Positions 18,334 through 26,700 of a DNA stretch of 64,000 bases are shown here, piece by piece. The position numbers and the translations under genes were made by a program. Under the pieces are notes generated by a model. The model was not told the origin of the DNA. It saw nothing but the letters and a program-made list of their open reading frames with translations, and did no database searches. Each line of letters starts with the position of its first letter. Within the stretch, counting starts at the first letter, position 1. The stretch is from Desulfobacteraceae bacterium (lineage in GTDB: Bacteria; Desulfobacterota; DSM-4660; Desulfatiglandales; HGW-15): the NCBI GenBank assembly GCA_050123415.1, contig JASFHE010000001.1, positions 10,607 through 74,606 of the forward strand. Reading direction: 5' to 3'.

Positions 18334-19143
18334 ATGGCAGAGTATGAAGAAAATTTAGAAGCTGTACAACAATCTCCAGTACCTGAGTTTTTTCTATTCA
18401 ATGCGTCAGGAACCGTTGAAAGATATACATCATACTCCTCTTCTCTTACGTTCCTTGGACAGTATTGGGCGGCTGCATCTATAACCCGTGGTGGTATTAA
18501 GCAAGATTTAAACTTTGGTGTGACAACACTTAACATTACTACTCCGATCACGCCAAATATTGCAAAGTACATCCCGAATCAGCCGGTTGAACCGGTAGAT
18601 GTGACAATCTACCGTAGCCATATTGATTACCTTGACCAGTATGATATTTTTTTCAGAGGTAAGGTTAAATATGTTCAGTTGAAAGGGAAACTGGCATCGG
18701 CTCAATGTGAGGCAAAGAATAAGTATATGGCAACGAAGATTCCAAATATTATCTACCAGTCAAATTGTAACCATGATATATATGATGATGGATGCGGAGT
18801 TGACGAATTTGCATACCGTCGAACTGCGAACGTATCAAATATTGTTGGTAGTAAATTGTATTTCTCCTTCACAGATGGTGGTAGCCCTGTCTCCACCGGA
18901 TACTTCACAGGTGGAAAAGTTAAATATGGCAATGATCTCCGGTTCATAACCTATGCAACTAATACATATCTTGATCTCCATATTCCGTTTGATAGTAAAG
19001 TTGCAATTGGTACAGAAGTTTATATATATCCTGGTTGTGATGGCAATCCTGCCACATGCGTTGGAAGATATAACAATTTGAATAACTTCTTGGGAATGCC
19101 ATATATTCCTGAGACAAACCCGGTAATCTGGGGGTTTAAATAA
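18334..19143 (+). CDS. minor tail protein, GTA g13 / BR0599-like
   Basis: The C-terminal YPGCDGNPATCVGRYNNLNNFLGMPYIPETNP resembles the C...C...N-x-x-NF-x-G-x-P-x-IP motif of the phage BR0599 family. Confidence 0.5.
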   Translation: MAEYEENLEAVQQSPVPEFFLFNASGTVERYTSYSSSLTFLGQYWAAASITRGGIKQDLNFGVTTLNITTPITPNIAKYIPNQPVEPVDVTIYRSHIDYLDQYDIFFRGKVKYVQLKGKLASAQCEAKNKYMATKIPNIIYQSNCNHDIYDDGCGVDEFAYRRTANVSNIVGSKLYFSFTDGGSPVSTGYFTGGKVKYGNDLRFITYATNTYLDLHIPFDSKVAIGTEVYIYPGCDGNPATCVGRYNNLNNFLGMPYIPETNPVIWGFK

Positions 19144-19658
19144 TGTGGACGCCTTATTTTAATGATGATGCCATCTGGAAGAAGTATAGGGATGAAGTAT
19201 TGTCCTGGGAAGGTACGCCGTATAAGCATTTGAAAATGGTAAAGGGAAGGGGAGCCGATTGTACAATGTTTATTGGGGCTCAATGGTTGTATATGGGTAT
19301 CCTTAAGCAGGTGGAGTATGACTACTATCCGAAGGACTGGTACATCCATAAACCAACAGAGTTCGTCATTCAACAATTACACTACCATTGGCAGAATTAC
19401 TCAGCACCGGGTTTTGACATTTTGAAGATAGACACCCGTTATGAGAAAGACTTCATAAGAGGAGATGTGCTTTGTTTTGCTCTATCTACAACCGGAGTGA
19501 CGAACCATGCAACAATTTGGTTTGGGTATTTTGATGAGACGAGGCAGCGCCGGCAAATGTATAATTCAATAAATGGTCATGGAGTCTGCAGAATGACATA
19601 TGGTAGTTTTTGGAGAGATAAACTGACAACTATTTTCAGGGTGATGAGGGACGTATAA
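19143..19658 (+). CDS. NlpC/P60-family tail-associated peptidase (lambda gpK / GTA g14-like)
   Basis: GADCTMFIG (catalytic Cys context) and a downstream NHATIW (His). Position matches the lambda/GTA tail tip order. Confidence 0.6.
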   Translation: MWTPYFNDDAIWKKYRDEVLSWEGTPYKHLKMVKGRGADCTMFIGAQWLYMGILKQVEYDYYPKDWYIHKPTEFVIQQLHYHWQNYSAPGFDILKIDTRYEKDFIRGDVLCFALSTTGVTNHATIWFGYFDETRQRRQMYNSINGHGVCRMTYGSFWRDKLTTIFRVMRDV

Positions 19659-19659
19659 G

Positions 19660-22227
19660 ATGGTAACTGGACTAATTATAGCAATTGTCGTTCTTGTTGC
19701 TGGTTTGTATATGGCATCTATGAATAGGCCTGATACGGAGCAACAAGATATGTCTCCAAACACCCTGGAGTCATTTAAAGCAACAACAAATCAGGAAGGT
19801 GCTGTTGTTCCTCTTGTCTTTGGACAGGCAAGAATATCCGCTAATCTTTTGTGGTATGGAAATCTTGAGACCGAAGAAGTAACAGAAGAGGTTGAAACAG
19901 GTGGTAAGGGTGGTGGCGGCGGAAATAAAGAAGATGTTACTGTTGGATATAGATATTACATGGACATATGGGAAGCGCTCTGCATTGGTCCTGGTGTATC
20001 AGTACTTGGGACTTTTGTTAATGACAAGTTTGCCGGTGGAGCACTTGGAACCCTTAATCCAGGTGATACAACTTATTATCCGACGGAACCTGGTAGTTAT
20101 GCGGCGCCTTTAAACCCGGTCGCACATGTTTTCATGAAACGCCAATATCTTGGTGAAAATGTAGCATCAGTGCCAACCTATCATTGGATAGTAAAAAGGC
20201 TTAGTGATGCGCCTTTAACACATGCTAACCTATCAAACGGAGTTAATCCAGCCGCAGCTATCTATGATATGTTACGGATGTCTGGTGCCGAACCTTCTGC
20301 ATTTGTTCTATCTACCTTTCAAGATGCGGCTACTTATTGGTATACCAAAGGATATGGAATTAACATTACTCTCTCCAGGCAGGAGGAGACAAGAAATGGA
20401 ATTAAAAGGATCTTTACTTATGTTGATGGCAATCTTCGGGTGGATAATCAAGACCGCTTTGAACTAATTGCATGGAAAGATACAGATACATATCAGTATA
20501 CAATTGATCAAAACGATATCAAGGAATTTAACTTCAGGCGACGGAGTTGGTATGATGTATATACAGACTTCAGGGCAAACTTTATAGATAGTACACGTTC
20601 ATATACTCAGCGAACAATCAGAGTGCGCAACACAGCCGTTCGGGATATAACTGGACAAGATCGCCAACTAACGGTAGATTTGACAGCATTCATTGACGTA
20701 AATACAGCAAGTAAACGCCTTTGGGAGATTATGAAGCAAATGTCTTATCCAGAAGCGGAAGTGTCAATGAAGGTAAGTTGGAAATATATTGGTGTTCGGG
20801 TTGGTGATGTTGTTCGTGTAAGCTATAATGATTATGGGATATCAGATCTTGATTTCCGCATTATTGGTATAGATATATCCAAAGCTGATTCCAATGAAAT
20901 AACATGGACTTGTAAGCAACTTTTAAGCACTCTCTTTGATGCAAATTTTGAATTAGGAGGAGATCCACAATGGGTTGCTCCAAGTTATTCTCCACAGGTT
21001 CCATATGCGGCGCAAGTATTTGAATTACCCTACAATGAATTCACCGGACGTTCTCCTGCTTATTTACTACTCTGTGCCAGAAAAGGAGCGGAGACTGGCT
21101 TCAAGTGTATGTTATCTATAACCGGAACGGATTATGTAAGTAAAGGAACCTTCGGAACATTCACCCAACATGGTACACTGGATGAGACTTATCCAGCAAC
21201 AACGTATACAATTGATGATGAAATAGGCGTTCTATATACTCCAGATAGGGAAGATCCGCTATTTGATGATCTTGATAGAGCAGACCTTTTTTCAACAATG
21301 CGCTTTGTGATTATAGATGATGAAATTATGGCTTTCCAGAATGTTGATTATGAGGGTGGTGCTGGAGCTATAAGACTGACTGGAATTATTCGTGGAATCC
21401 TGAATACTACTATTGCCCAGCATAACTCCGGCGCTCATATCTGGATCACTGCTCTTCGGAATAATATCTTGAAAAACGTTACATCAACAAATTTTTATAT
21501 TAAGATGTTGCCATATTTTGGAACAGAAGTGGTTGACGCCTCTTCGGTTAGTCCAATATCTGTAACCTATGAAGAGAAGGCTGTGACACCTTGGACTCCA
21601 TGGAATGGTGTTGCAACTCGCTCTGGCTCAGATATCTCCGTTGTCTTGAATAATACTACACAAGAGATCCTTGGAGCTGGAATGAGGGCCGCTGAGAATC
21701 AAACGCTTGAGGAGGTTCATCAGATAGAAGGCTTCATTCAATATGGTATTAACTCCCAGGCAGCACAATACGAATCGGTAACAGCGGAGTTTTCTTATGT
21801 CCAGGCTGGTTCACATTATCTTTATATGCGGCAATACCTTGAAGGAAGATATACCAACTGGGTAAGTATCTATGTTGGTGCGGCAGATGGTGATTACTAT
21901 GTAGCTGCGAATCAGCTTACAAATACAGGTTTGGAGAAGGTTCAATGGGGGTCCCAGGGATTTATCGAAGTAATAAACAGAAATCTTTCAAGACTTAATG
22001 ATGAATTACTTCTCGTATCGGGACTCCTTGATGTAGACCTTTCTGGCCTTGCAGATACAAATGCGTTGACGTGGAATGAATCAGCGCAAAAGTTTGAACC
22101 ACTTGATTTTGAGGTTGCATTTTCAACTACCACGACAACAACCACCACCACAACCACTACAACCACAACCAGCTCAAGTTCCACAACCACAACAACCACA
22201 TCAAGTACCACAACAACTACAGTATAG
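19660..22227 (+). CDS. host specificity / central tail fibre protein (gpJ / GTA g15-like) with C-terminal Thr/Ser tail
   Basis: 855 aa. The N-terminal EGAVVPLVFGQARISANLLWYGNL resembles the gpJ/GTA g15 N-terminus. The C-terminus carries a 65-aa fibre-like module followed by a 33-residue T/S tract, then V. Confidence 0.6.
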   Translation: MVTGLIIAIVVLVAGLYMASMNRPDTEQQDMSPNTLESFKATTNQEGAVVPLVFGQARISANLLWYGNLETEEVTEEVETGGKGGGGGNKEDVTVGYRYYMDIWEALCIGPGVSVLGTFVNDKFAGGALGTLNPGDTTYYPTEPGSYAAPLNPVAHVFMKRQYLGENVASVPTYHWIVKRLSDAPLTHANLSNGVNPAAAIYDMLRMSGAEPSAFVLSTFQDAATYWYTKGYGINITLSRQEETRNGIKRIFTYVDGNLRVDNQDRFELIAWKDTDTYQYTIDQNDIKEFNFRRRSWYDVYTDFRANFIDSTRSYTQRTIRVRNTAVRDITGQDRQLTVDLTAFIDVNTASKRLWEIMKQMSYPEAEVSMKVSWKYIGVRVGDVVRVSYNDYGISDLDFRIIGIDISKADSNEITWTCKQLLSTLFDANFELGGDPQWVAPSYSPQVPYAAQVFELPYNEFTGRSPAYLLLCARKGAETGFKCMLSITGTDYVSKGTFGTFTQHGTLDETYPATTYTIDDEIGVLYTPDREDPLFDDLDRADLFSTMRFVIIDDEIMAFQNVDYEGGAGAIRLTGIIRGILNTTIAQHNSGAHIWITALRNNILKNVTSTNFYIKMLPYFGTEVVDASSVSPISVTYEEKAVTPWTPWNGVATRSGSDISVVLNNTTQEILGAGMRAAENQTLEEVHQIEGFIQYGINSQAAQYESVTAEFSYVQAGSHYLYMRQYLEGRYTNWVSIYVGAADGDYYVAANQLTNTGLEKVQWGSQGFIEVINRNLSRLNDELLLVSGLLDVDLSGLADTNALTWNESAQKFEPLDFEVAFSTTTTTTTTTTTTTTTSSSSTTTTTTSSTTTTTV
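22123..22221 (+). repeat. Thr/Ser-coding tract (33 codons)
   Basis: Codons encode only S and T and use a mixture of ACN/TCN/AGY codons. Confidence 0.95.
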
Positions 22228-22231
22228 GAGA
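22198..22231 (+). repeat. 34-bp exact direct repeat, copy 2
   Basis: Identical to 15610-15643. Confidence 0.9.
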
Positions 22232-22268
22232 TAACCTAATATTATATGCGAAAGTGTAGGTAAACAAA

Positions 22269-22478
22269 ATGACAGTACTATCTCCAAGCGGACTTGAAAC
22301 ATTTGACTACGGGACACCCGGATGGAACCACATTTACAATCGTAATATGGATCTTCTTGAGAATCAGCTATTGAAACTGGCTGCTTTGCAGGATGTAGAT
22401 GTAACAGGCTTAACCGATGAAGATGTTTTAATCTGGAGTACTTCTGCAAATAAATGGATTAGGACGGAGAGGTATTAA
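22269..22478 (+). CDS. stand-alone fibre-like module protein 1 (69 aa)
   Basis: PSGLETFDYGTPGWNHIYNRNMDLLENQLLKLAALQDVDVTGLTDEDVLIWSTSANKW aligns with the C-terminal module of the 855-aa protein and with the next ORF. Confidence 0.6.
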   Translation: MTVLSPSGLETFDYGTPGWNHIYNRNMDLLENQLLKLAALQDVDVTGLTDEDVLIWSTSANKWIRTERY

Positions 22479-22479
22479 T

Positions 22480-22692
22480 ATGTCTATAAACTTGAACCCA
22501 TCAGGACTTGACCAGAGTGAGGTTGGTGATAGTAATTGGGTAAATACGCAGAATTCGAATATTACTTATCTCAACAGCACCTTGCTTAAATTAAATTCAC
22601 TCGGAGATGTTAATGTTTCGTCTCAACAGGATTTTGATGGATTGCAATGGGGTGAAGGTGCTGGTGAATGGGTGAATGTACCAACTATATAA
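22480..22692 (+). CDS. stand-alone fibre-like module protein 2 (70 aa)
   Basis: PSGLDQSEVGDSNWVNTQNSNITYLNSTLLKLNSLGDVNVSS...LQWGEGAGEW. Same module as 22269..22478. Confidence 0.6.
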   Translation: MSINLNPSGLDQSEVGDSNWVNTQNSNITYLNSTLLKLNSLGDVNVSSQQDFDGLQWGEGAGEWVNVPTI

Positions 22693-22706
22693 GGATAAAT
22701 GAACCT

Positions 22707-22976
22707 ATGTCTGGATCAATTGACAAGGGTGTAGCGGATGTCGCCACTGGGATAGCTAAATTGATTGGAGATCCTGTGTTGATTGTACTTACAATCGTTA
22801 TTATTTCTCTTATCATCTTGCTATTCCTTATGACGAAATCTATGGAAAGGAAGGATAAAGCTCATAAACAATCAATAAAAGAACTTACACATGAATTGCA
22901 TGAGAATAGTCAAACTCTCATGCGGCTTGCTACTTTAATCGAGGTACTTGTCCATGGAAGAAAACAAACTAGTTAA
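22707..22976 (+). CDS. single-pass membrane protein, holin candidate
   Basis: ATG 22707. One hydrophobic helix (VLIVLTIVIISLIILLFLM) followed by a charged C-terminus. Located after the tail genes. Confidence 0.35.
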   Translation: MSGSIDKGVADVATGIAKLIGDPVLIVLTIVIISLIILLFLMTKSMERKDKAHKQSIKELTHELHENSQTLMRLATLIEVLVHGRKQTS

Positions 22977-22992
22977 TCAGGAAGGCAGCACT

Positions 22993-23217
22993 ATGAATAT
23001 TTTTAAAATGTTAGCAAATACAATACTCTATAAAGGATCTAAAGTTGCTGATTCAATGGTGATAGAGGCCAAGAGTAGAGCCAAAGAAGCCAGAGATGTT
23101 ACACAACAGAAGATTGAAAATGTTTACGCACAACTGAATAGTTGTGTTGAGCGCGGAGATAGATGGTTTCTTGTACCGAATACTCCAATTGATGAATGTG
23201 GTAGAGAAGATAAATAA
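22993..23217 (+). CDS. hypothetical protein
   Basis: AGGAAGG lies upstream of ATG 22993. Alternative in-frame starts exist at 22948 and 22954. Confidence 0.4.
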   Translation: MNIFKMLANTILYKGSKVADSMVIEAKSRAKEARDVTQQKIENVYAQLNSCVERGDRWFLVPNTPIDECGREDK

Positions 23218-23313
23218 TTTTACCCCCGCATAAATAATATTTCAAAAGAATAGGAGGTGAAAAAAAAGTAAAATTGGTGGCAGAAAACAATTACTTTGAA
23301 AAGGAGAAAAATA

Positions 23314-23706
23314 ATGCTTCAACAATTTACCATGTTTGTGGTTAACGCCTTGCTGTCCGTTTTGACACCTGAAAAGGTACGTGGATTCCTTCAATCCGGT
23401 ATTGCCAAAATCAAGGAGTATGTCAGATCGACGCCAACCGATATTGATAATTCCCTTGTTATTCCGGCTTGCAATCTGGTGCTTGCTGCCCTTGAAATTC
23501 CCGGCCCAGACGGACAGATTGACATTAATGGAGAACTCAGAAAATTGTTTGACGCTCTGGGTGATCTGAAAACAATTTTTCTTGATGCTGGCCTGGATTA
23601 TATTGAAGATAGGGTGATTGCCTCGGAGAACAAAGTTGACAATGCACTTATCCTGCCGGCGTGCAGTTTGGTACGTACCGTTCTCCGCGTACCCGATAAT
23701 GATTAA
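23314..23706 (+). CDS. hypothetical protein with internal duplication
   Basis: AAGGAG lies 7 nt upstream of ATG 23314. The segment TPTDIDNSLVIPACNLVLAALEIPGPD is repeated as SENKVDNALILPACSLVRTVLRVPDND. Confidence 0.5.
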   Translation: MLQQFTMFVVNALLSVLTPEKVRGFLQSGIAKIKEYVRSTPTDIDNSLVIPACNLVLAALEIPGPDGQIDINGELRKLFDALGDLKTIFLDAGLDYIEDRVIASENKVDNALILPACSLVRTVLRVPDND

Positions 23707-23732
23707 CTAAAATGGCAAAAGGAGGGACTCTA

Positions 23733-24122
23733 ATGTTTCAAAGAAAACAATTCATAATGCTCCTGGTAATGTTTATTACCATGGTATTTCTCTTTGGCTG
23801 TCCAATGATGCCAACTGGAGCGAAATCGGTTTCCCAGATGACACCGAAAGAAAAAGTCACCTGGATGTATGGAGTCTACAATTCGCAGTATGCGGATTAT
23901 CAATCGATGACTGGACATATCTGGGACGATACATCAGAGACATGGAAGAAGACTTCTTCTCCAACTTTGTCGGAAGATCAAAAGGAAATTCTGCGGAAAC
24001 GCAAAGAAATCCTTACCAGGGTATATCCAATTATTAAATTATATGATTCTATGTTGAACAGCGGTGCTGTGCCGGACAGGGAGACCGAGCAAAAGATCAT
24101 TGATCTTTTGAACGGATTGTAA
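23733..24122 (+). CDS. lipoprotein (possible spanin or exclusion component)
   Basis: AAAGGAGGG lies 6 nt upstream of ATG 23733. MFQRKQFIMLLVMFITMVFLFGC has a positive n-region, a hydrophobic core and an L-F-G-C lipobox. Confidence 0.55.
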   Translation: MFQRKQFIMLLVMFITMVFLFGCPMMPTGAKSVSQMTPKEKVTWMYGVYNSQYADYQSMTGHIWDDTSETWKKTSSPTLSEDQKEILRKRKEILTRVYPIIKLYDSMLNSGAVPDRETEQKIIDLLNGL

Positions 24123-24123
24123 C

Positions 24124-24132
24124 TGATATAAT
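24124..24132 (+). promoter_or_regulatory. candidate extended -10 promoter element TGATATAAT
   Basis: Perfect TGnTATAAT in the intergenic region. A second TATAAT at 24159-24164 lies 17 nt from TTCCAA at 24136-24141. Confidence 0.3.
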
Positions 24133-24199
24133 CCGTTCCAAAACCTTGTAAAATATAGTATAATGGAAGTATAACTTTAGAAGCAAAGGAGATCGAACC

Positions 24200-24367
24200 A
24201 TGGCCGATCCGGCACTTGTTGTAATTGAAGGAGGCAAATTAATCCTGCAAGCGTATCTTAATTATATGCGGCAGGCGGGCAAGACGGAGGAAGAGGCTGA
24301 GGCACTCTACCGATCGGAAAAATCCCAGTTTGATTTCAATAAGCCGTCCAGCCTGGAAGACGTCTAA
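24200..24367 (+). CDS. small hypothetical protein (55 aa, below the ORF-track cutoff)
   Basis: AAAGGAG lies 8 nt upstream of ATG 24200. Translates by hand to MADPALVVIEGGKLILQAYLNYMRQAGKTEEEAEALYRSEKSQFDFNKPSSLEDV. Confidence 0.4.
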   Translation: MADPALVVIEGGKLILQAYLNYMRQAGKTEEEAEALYRSEKSQFDFNKPSSLEDV

Positions 24368-24388
24368 ACCCCCACACACCCATCGAAT

Positions 24389-24408
24389 GCCCCGGGTTCG
24401 CCCGGGGC
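24389..24408 (+). terminator. GC-rich hairpin GCCCCGGG-TTCG-CCCGGGGC (no U tract)
   Basis: Perfect 8-bp stem with a TTCG tetraloop 21 nt after the small ORF stop. No T run follows on either strand, so terminator function is uncertain. Confidence 0.35.
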
Positions 24409-24525
24409 AACTAAGGAATAAATTATAAAAAATCAAGATAACCAATTAATATATCCACCTAATCTTTTAAATATCCATAATTGCTCCGCTTGGCGGAAAG
24501 TAAATGGAGAAAAGAGGAGTAGAAA

Positions 24526-26016
24526 ATGAAAAAGAAAGATAAAAGAACCATTGGCATTTTCACGAATTTTCAAGAGTTTAATCCTGGTTATAGCCTAACC
24601 GGCATTGTTGTTGATCAATCATTAATGCTCCTGGAAAACGGACATGATGTTCATGTGTTCGTCAATGAAACCTTCAATTCGAAATACAATCAGGACGCAA
24701 GAATCTCCTACCTAATGAATAAATTCAGAGGGAAATTTCATTTACATAAAGCGACCAAGTTTATGCATTTGATTGATTATGAAACAAAATCCACCCTTAC
24801 GGAAGACCACAAAAAAGCCCTAATCGATGCTGCAAAGATCTTTACAGATAGCATTTTAAAATTTGACATTGATCGGATTTATACCCACGATTTTATTTTT
24901 ACTGGATGGAATCTTCCGTATGCTCTTGCAATAAAAGAAGCAAGCAGACTTCTATCCATAGCTGGCAAACAAGTTTATTGGCTCCATTGGATCCATAGTG
25001 TGCCAGGATCCCATCGGAGAGATTGGTGGGATATTAATCAGTATGGGGATAATCATCTGATTGTATTTCCAAATAATATTGAAATTAATCGGATATGTGA
25101 AACATTTATGACAAATCCGTCAAGGGTCCGTATGATTCCACACATTAAAGATATCCGTACATGGTACGATTTTTCTGATGAATCGTGGGAATTCACAAAA
25201 CGGTATCCTCAGATAATGGAAGCAAATGTGGTCCAAGTTTATCCTATCTCAACCGACCGCATGTCAGCAAAGCAATTACAATTGGTGATCAAAATATTTG
25301 GTTATATGAAACAAGCCAAAGTTCCTGTTTTCCTGTGTGCTGCAAATCAATGGGCTACCGGTCGCCGGCGCAAGGAAGATGTTAATAAATACATCCTTCT
25401 TGCGGAACATTGTGGTCTTGAATATGGTAAGGAATTTGTCTTTACTTCTGAATATTCATATGATCCAGTACTTAATGATATTATCGAAAGCTCGGAGAAT
25501 TTCGAGGAATTAGATCAAAGATTACCGAAATGCGAATCTTCCGGAGATGAAAAAGATGATACATATGGGCAATTCCTAAAAGGTATTAAATGGGATGGTG
25601 ATTTTGCGGAAGAAAAAGTCCGACTTCTGCAACTCTCCCAACCATATGCTACAGGTATCAGCCGCCGGATGCTTCGCGAACTTCAACTCCTATCTAATTT
25701 ATTTATTTTTCCAACCCGTGAGGAGAGTTTTGGATTGGTTGGGCCAGAGGCAGCATTTTCAGGTGCCTTATGTATTATTAATCGAAGCTTAATTATGCAG
25801 TTTGAGGTTATGGGTTCAAATGCTCCGGCGTTTGACTTTGGTTCACACTATAATAATACTCCAAGTATTAATGATGAAAAATATATCCGTGGAGTCTCCT
25901 TTGCGATTCTAAATCGGATTTATTCTAATGAGGCGATCACGACCAAAATCCATTGTCGCCGGCGATACAACATGAACTCGATTTATAACCGGTATTATGT
26001 TCCCAATGCAATATAA
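24526..26016 (+). CDS. GT-B fold glycosyltransferase (GT4/GT1-like)
   Basis: GGAG lies upstream of the ATG. N-terminal IGIFTNF...GYSLTGIV...NGHDVHVF and C-terminal FIFPTREESFGLVGPEAAFSGAL (the E-x-FG...EA...G signature). Confidence 0.55.
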   Translation: MKKKDKRTIGIFTNFQEFNPGYSLTGIVVDQSLMLLENGHDVHVFVNETFNSKYNQDARISYLMNKFRGKFHLHKATKFMHLIDYETKSTLTEDHKKALIDAAKIFTDSILKFDIDRIYTHDFIFTGWNLPYALAIKEASRLLSIAGKQVYWLHWIHSVPGSHRRDWWDINQYGDNHLIVFPNNIEINRICETFMTNPSRVRMIPHIKDIRTWYDFSDESWEFTKRYPQIMEANVVQVYPISTDRMSAKQLQLVIKIFGYMKQAKVPVFLCAANQWATGRRRKEDVNKYILLAEHCGLEYGKEFVFTSEYSYDPVLNDIIESSENFEELDQRLPKCESSGDEKDDTYGQFLKGIKWDGDFAEEKVRLLQLSQPYATGISRRMLRELQLLSNLFIFPTREESFGLVGPEAAFSGALCIINRSLIMQFEVMGSNAPAFDFGSHYNNTPSINDEKYIRGVSFAILNRIYSNEAITTKIHCRRRYNMNSIYNRYYVPNAI

Positions 26017-26025
26017 GTGGGCGCC

Positions 26026-26700
26026 ATGCATATTGCTATTATACCAACAATGGAGATGGATCGTTGTCTCGATCTTGTTTACTCTATAAATAAAGGGAAA
26101 ATTAAACCAAGCAGAATTATTATTATCAATAATTCTGGTTCTGTTTACACTAAGGATTTATCTTTATATAATACTATTGTATGTAATTATTCTAAAAATA
26201 TTGGTGTAAATGCAGCATGGAACATTGGTTTAAAACTTGCCAAAGAGCAGTCCTCGCATTTATCTATATTAAATGATGATATTCTAATCAAAGAAGACTT
26301 TTTCAAAAGGATCAATCTCCTTCTTTCCATTAGATTATTACTCGATGTTCCTGTCTTTTGCCCATCTACAACTCATGATAAAACTTTATTTGATCGGTCG
26401 GAAGTAAATAATCATACAAGCCGGACTCATTATATGAGGAAGAAAGAAGGTTGGGCTTTTACAATCCGAGACCGGTTTGTTAAAATGATCAAACCGATTC
26501 CAGAGGAATTATTTGTTTTCTGTGGAGATGATTGGATTTGGAATGAAACGGTTAAGTATGGTACGATGTGGGTAAAAGATGAAAGAAATATTATCTACCA
26601 TACGGTTGGAGCAACTTTAAAAAATAACCCCAAACTCCGTGCTTTATTGAAGCATGAGAAAAGGATATTTCATGGGAAGGGTAAGTCTTGGAAGGCATAG
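26026..26700 (+). CDS. GT-A fold glycosyltransferase (GT2-like)
   Basis: HIAIIPTMEMDRCLDLVYSI...IIIINNSGS...NIGVNAAWNIGLKLA...LSILNDDILI is the typical GT2 N-terminal Rossmann region with a DD motif. The alternative GTG 26017 start directly follows the upstream stop. Confidence 0.6.
   Translation: MHIAIIPTMEMDRCLDLVYSINKGKIKPSRIIIINNSGSVYTKDLSLYNTIVCNYSKNIGVNAAWNIGLKLAKEQSSHLSILNDDILIKEDFFKRINLLLSIRLLLDVPVFCPSTTHDKTLFDRSEVNNHTSRTHYMRKKEGWAFTIRDRFVKMIKPIPEELFVFCGDDWIWNETVKYGTMWVKDERNIIYHTVGATLKNNPKLRALLKHEKRIFHGKGKSWKA

Noticed and set aside
8055-22221. CRISPR array or simple microsatellite explanation for the ACN-rich tracts and the 201-nt acidic repeats
   Set aside because: All tracts are in frame inside long ORFs and lack a repeat-spacer architecture. 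Apart from the 9-bp periodic tube tract, they use shuffled synonymous codons.
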